The position numbers and the translations under genes are program-made. A DNA stretch of 64,000 nt from Candidatus Cloacimonadales bacterium (GTDB lineage Bacteria > Cloacimonadota > Cloacimonadia > Cloacimonadales > DAONDQ01), in the NCBI GenBank assembly GCA_963662275.1, contig OY759316.1:704001-768000 (forward strand), in the 5' to 3' direction. Shown here one piece after another: positions 60,524 to 64,000 of the stretch (the first letter of the stretch is position 1; the number at the start of each line of letters is the position of its first letter). The notes under the pieces are model-generated. The model was given only the letters and a program-made list of their open reading frames with translations, was not told where the DNA came from and did not search any database.

Positions 60524-62113
60524 ATGCAGAAATTACTTTTGTTAGGTGATGAGGCTTTGGCACAGGGAGCGCTTGATGCTGGAATGTCAGGGGTCTATGC
60601 ATATCCCGGAACGCCATCCACTGAAATCACAGAGTATATCCAGGAAAGCCAGGAAGCGATCGATCGTAATATTCACCGCACTTGGGCTTCCAATGAAAAA
60701 ACTGCTGTTGAAGCTGCAATCGGTATGTCTTATACGGGTAAACGTACGATGACTTGCATGAAGCATGTGGGTTTGAACGTAGCAGCTGATCCGTTTATGA
60801 ATTCTGCCTTTACAGGAGCCAATGGCGGTCTGATTATCACAGTTGCAGACGATCCTTCCATGCATTCATCCCAGAATGAACAGGATTCCCGCTTTTTTGC
60901 CAAGTTTGCCATGCTTCCCTGCCTGGAACCCTCGAATCAGCAGGAATGCTATGATGTGGCTTTTCATGCCTTTGATCTTTCTGAAAAGTATCATTTACCT
61001 GTGATGGTTCGTTTAACGACCCGTCTTTCCCATTCCCGGGCAGGTGTGGCTCGTAAGCCAATATTAGCTGAAAAGCCCTTAAAAATGCCTGAAGATCCCA
61101 ATCAATTCATCCTACTGCCGGCAATTGCCCGCAGAAAATATAAAGCTCTCCTTGCTGTGCAGGCTGAGCTAGAGAAAGAATCAGAAAATTCTCCCTTTAA
61201 TCATTATTATGACGGTACTGATAAATCCATCGGCATTATCGCCTGTGGTTTAGCCTACAACTATGTGATGGAGAATTTCCCTACGGGACGTTGCCCATAT
61301 CCTCTATTAAAAGTCTCCCAGTATCCCCTTCCCAGGAAGATGGTCACCCGTCTTTTTGACGAATGTGAAACGATCCTGGTTGCTGAAGAAGGTATGCCTG
61401 TCGTGGAAGAATTGCTAAAAGGTTATATGGGAAATCCTAAGACCATACATGGCAGATTGGACGGAACGATTCCCCGTGATGGTGAATTGAACCCCAATAT
61501 CATTGCCAAAGCCTTAGGCATGGAAAACAAGTTTGGTTTAGCCGTTCCTGAAGTCGTTGCTCCAAGACCGCCGATGCTTTGTGTCGGTTGTCCTCATTCT
61601 GATTCATTCTATGCATTGAATGATGCGCTTGAAGCTCATGGCAAGGGACATGTTTTCTCTGACATCGGCTGTTATACATTAGGTTTCCTGCCACCATACC
61701 ATGCCATTAATTCCTGCGTAGACATGGGTGCTTCCATCACGATGGCGAAAGGTGCTGCAGATGCAGGTTTCTTCCCATCTGTTGCCGTCATTGGTGATTC
61801 CACATTCTCACATTCCGGTTTAACTGGTTTGTTGGATGCCGTTTATGATAATTCCAATGTTGTCATTGTCATTTTAGATAATTCAACGACAGGAATGACC
61901 GGCGGTCAGGATTTCACAGCGTTTGGGAAATTAGAAGAGATTTGCCTCAGTATTGGCGTTCCACGTGAACACATTCGTGTTGTGAAGCCACTGAAGCAGC
62001 ATCACGATGAAATGGTGCAGGTTTTTAAAGAAGAAATTGCATATACAGGTGTTTCTGTGGTGATTCCCCGTCGGGAATGTCTGCAAGTCACACGTAAAAA
62101 ATATAAGGCATAG
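60524..62113 (+). CDS. iorA: Indolepyruvate:ferredoxin oxidoreductase alpha subunit
   Basis: YPGTPSTE, MKHVGLNVAAD, SSQNEQD, RPPMLCVGCPH, DIGCYTLG and GDSTFSHSG motifs. Confidence 0.93.
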   Translation: MQKLLLLGDEALAQGALDAGMSGVYAYPGTPSTEITEYIQESQEAIDRNIHRTWASNEKTAVEAAIGMSYTGKRTMTCMKHVGLNVAADPFMNSAFTGANGGLIITVADDPSMHSSQNEQDSRFFAKFAMLPCLEPSNQQECYDVAFHAFDLSEKYHLPVMVRLTTRLSHSRAGVARKPILAEKPLKMPEDPNQFILLPAIARRKYKALLAVQAELEKESENSPFNHYYDGTDKSIGIIACGLAYNYVMENFPTGRCPYPLLKVSQYPLPRKMVTRLFDECETILVAEEGMPVVEELLKGYMGNPKTIHGRLDGTIPRDGELNPNIIAKALGMENKFGLAVPEVVAPRPPMLCVGCPHSDSFYALNDALEAHGKGHVFSDIGCYTLGFLPPYHAINSCVDMGASITMAKGAADAGFFPSVAVIGDSTFSHSGLTGLLDAVYDNSNVVIVILDNSTTGMTGGQDFTAFGKLEEICLSIGVPREHIRVVKPLKQHHDEMVQVFKEEIAYTGVSVVIPRRECLQVTRKKYKA

Positions 62114-62122
62114 GAGGATATC

Positions 62123-62713
62123 ATGAAAAAAGACATTATACTTGCTGGTGTTGGCGGACAAGGTATCCTGACGATTGCCACAGTGATTGGTTCTGCTGCT
62201 GTTGATGCTGGTTTATATATCAAACAGGCAGAAGTACATGGAATGAGTCAACGTGGGGGAGATGTGCAATCCCACCTGCGTCTGTCAGATAAAATGATCT
62301 ATTCAGACTTGATCCCTTTTGGGGGAGCGGATATCATTTTATCCGTGGAGCCGATGGAATCCCTGCGTTATTTACCTTACCTCGCGAAAGATGGCTGGTT
62401 GATCACGAATACTACCCCTTTCAACAACATTGCGAAATATCCTGAGATGGAAAATGTCATCACAGCTATAGAAAAAATTCCTCACCAGATCATGCTGAAT
62501 GCGGATGAAATAGCAAAGAGCCTGAATGCTGCACGTTCCATGAATATGGTCATGCTGGGTGCATCCTCCCATTATCTTGACATCTCTGCGGAAAAGTTAG
62601 AAGAGGGAATTAGGGCAGTATTTGAAGAAAAAGGTGAGAAAATCATAGAAAGCAATATCCTTGCGTTTCGCGCCGGTAGAGAATTTGCTGCAACTGCTTT
62701 AAAAAGCGAATAA
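62123..62713 (+). CDS. iorB: Indolepyruvate:ferredoxin oxidoreductase beta subunit
   Basis: GVGGQG and EVHGMSQRGG motifs. Confidence 0.93.
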   Translation: MKKDIILAGVGGQGILTIATVIGSAAVDAGLYIKQAEVHGMSQRGGDVQSHLRLSDKMIYSDLIPFGGADIILSVEPMESLRYLPYLAKDGWLITNTTPFNNIAKYPEMENVITAIEKIPHQIMLNADEIAKSLNAARSMNMVMLGASSHYLDISAEKLEEGIRAVFEEKGEKIIESNILAFRAGREFAATALKSE

Positions 62714-62726
62714 GGAGAAAAAATTC

Positions 62727-64000
62727 GTGGCTAAACAGGTCAGAACTGCTATAGAACCCACTCGTGAACAGAACTATGCGGAATGGTATCAACAGGTCAT
62801 TAAAGCTGCTGAACTTGCAGAAAACAGTGATGTACGCGGTTGCATGGTCATTAAACCCTGGGGCTTTGCCATTTGGGAAAATATACAAAGAGTTTTAGAT
62901 GAGATGTTTCGTGAGACAGGTCATAAAAATGCCTATTTCCCTATCTTTATACCAAAAAGCTTCTTTGAAAAGGAAGCAGAACACGTGGAAGGATTTGCCA
63001 AGGAATGTGCGATTGTTACCCATTCCCGTTTGGAAGATGATGGAAAAGGCGGATTAAAAGTCGCCGGAGAACTTGCGGAACCGTATATTGTACGTCCGAC
63101 AAGTGAAACCATTATAGGTGCGTCATTTGCACGTTGGGTCAATTCCTATCGGGATTTACCGCTTCTTATCAATCAATGGGCAAATGTGGTTCGCTGGGAA
63201 CTTCGGACACGTTTATTTTTGCGTACTGCAGAATTCTTATGGCAAGAAGGACATACTGTTCATGCCACAAGTGAGGAAGCAGTTGTCGAGACGATGAAGA
63301 TGCTTGATGTTTATGCCACATTTGCAGAGGAATATCTCGCTCTTCCAGTGATCAAAGGTGAAAAGACAGATTCAGAAAGATTTCCAGGGGCAATTGCCAC
63401 ATATTGCATTGAATCCATGATGCAGGATAGGAAAGCATTGCAATCCGGTACTTCCCATTTTCTCGGACAGAACTTTGCCAAATCTTCACAGATCAAGTTC
63501 CAAAGTCAAACCGGTGATGTGGAATATGCCTGGACTACATCCTGGGGTGTTTCAACACGCTTAATCGGTGCCTTGATCATGGCTCACAGCGATGATAACG
63601 GTATGGTGATTCCACCACGCATTGCACCTGCACATATCGCTTTGATTCCAATCTATAAAAATGATGAGGAAAAAGTAGAAGTCATGAGTTTCGTCAAGGA
63701 ACTTGGAGAAAAACTACATAGTATTCGTTATCTTGAACAGAAACTGCGAATCGAAATTGATAATCGTGATATGACATCCAGCGAAAGAAGCTGGAGTTGG
63801 ATCAAGCACGGTATTCCTTTACGAGTCGAGATCGGGATGCGTGACCTGGCATCTGGAACTGTCATGGTTGGACGTCGTGACCAGGATTCTAAAGATAAGA
63901 AATCCATGTCTGTTGAAGAGCTATTGACACAAGTATTAGATATACTTGAAGATATTCAGAAAACGATTTATGAACGCGCCTTGGCATTTAGAAGTATAAA
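62727..64000 (+). CDS. proS: Proline--tRNA ligase, archaeal/eukaryotic type (runs off the window edge)
   Basis: GTG start after AAGGAG; EWYQQVI, RPTSET, NQWANVVRWE, FLRTAEFLWQEGHT and GTSHFLGQNF. Confidence 0.93.
   Translation, partial: MAKQVRTAIEPTREQNYAEWYQQVIKAAELAENSDVRGCMVIKPWGFAIWENIQRVLDEMFRETGHKNAYFPIFIPKSFFEKEAEHVEGFAKECAIVTHSRLEDDGKGGLKVAGELAEPYIVRPTSETIIGASFARWVNSYRDLPLLINQWANVVRWELRTRLFLRTAEFLWQEGHTVHATSEEAVVETMKMLDVYATFAEEYLALPVIKGEKTDSERFPGAIATYCIESMMQDRKALQSGTSHFLGQNFAKSSQIKFQSQTGDVEYAWTTSWGVSTRLIGALIMAHSDDNGMVIPPRIAPAHIALIPIYKNDEEKVEVMSFVKELGEKLHSIRYLEQKLRIEIDNRDMTSSERSWSWIKHGIPLRVEIGMRDLASGTVMVGRRDQDSKDKKSMSVEELLTQVLDILEDIQKTIYERALAFRSI

Noticed and set aside
1..64000. tRNA, rRNA or riboswitch genes
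   Set aside because: None recognised by eye; a covariance-model scan would be needed to exclude them

Overview
Chromosomal window from an anaerobic diderm bacterium. Several secreted proteins ending in a YPNPFN...IYN(I/L/V)(K/R)GQ...KM(V/M)xxK tail suggest Cloacimonadota or another FCB-group lineage (inference). In order, the window holds: the start of a hyf-like membrane oxidoreductase operon led by an HTH-PTS EIIA fusion; a co-oriented OMP-RecJ-ferredoxin-geranylgeranyl reductase-prenol kinase-GT2 cluster; MacAB-type efflux genes; tatD; an S1 protein; two near-identical IIC-like group II introns inserted behind hairpins; an EIIA-CBS protein with two ArsB/NhaD permeases; MarR and a flavoprotein; secreted proteins, one with a complete sigma54 promoter next to a Ser/Thr kinase-TPR-GAF-sigma54 activator; a third, IIB-type group II intron and an IS1182-family element, both inserted into the same ~100-bp hairpin repeat array; an AT-rich putative defence island (DUF2971-like gene, frameshifted helicase-PLD nuclease, repeat-flanked Fic); and iorAB-proS. 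Intergenic DNA is rich in heptamer arrays, mirror-symmetric 11-mer arrays and REP-like hairpins. All calls come from motif reading by eye, and no database searches were run.
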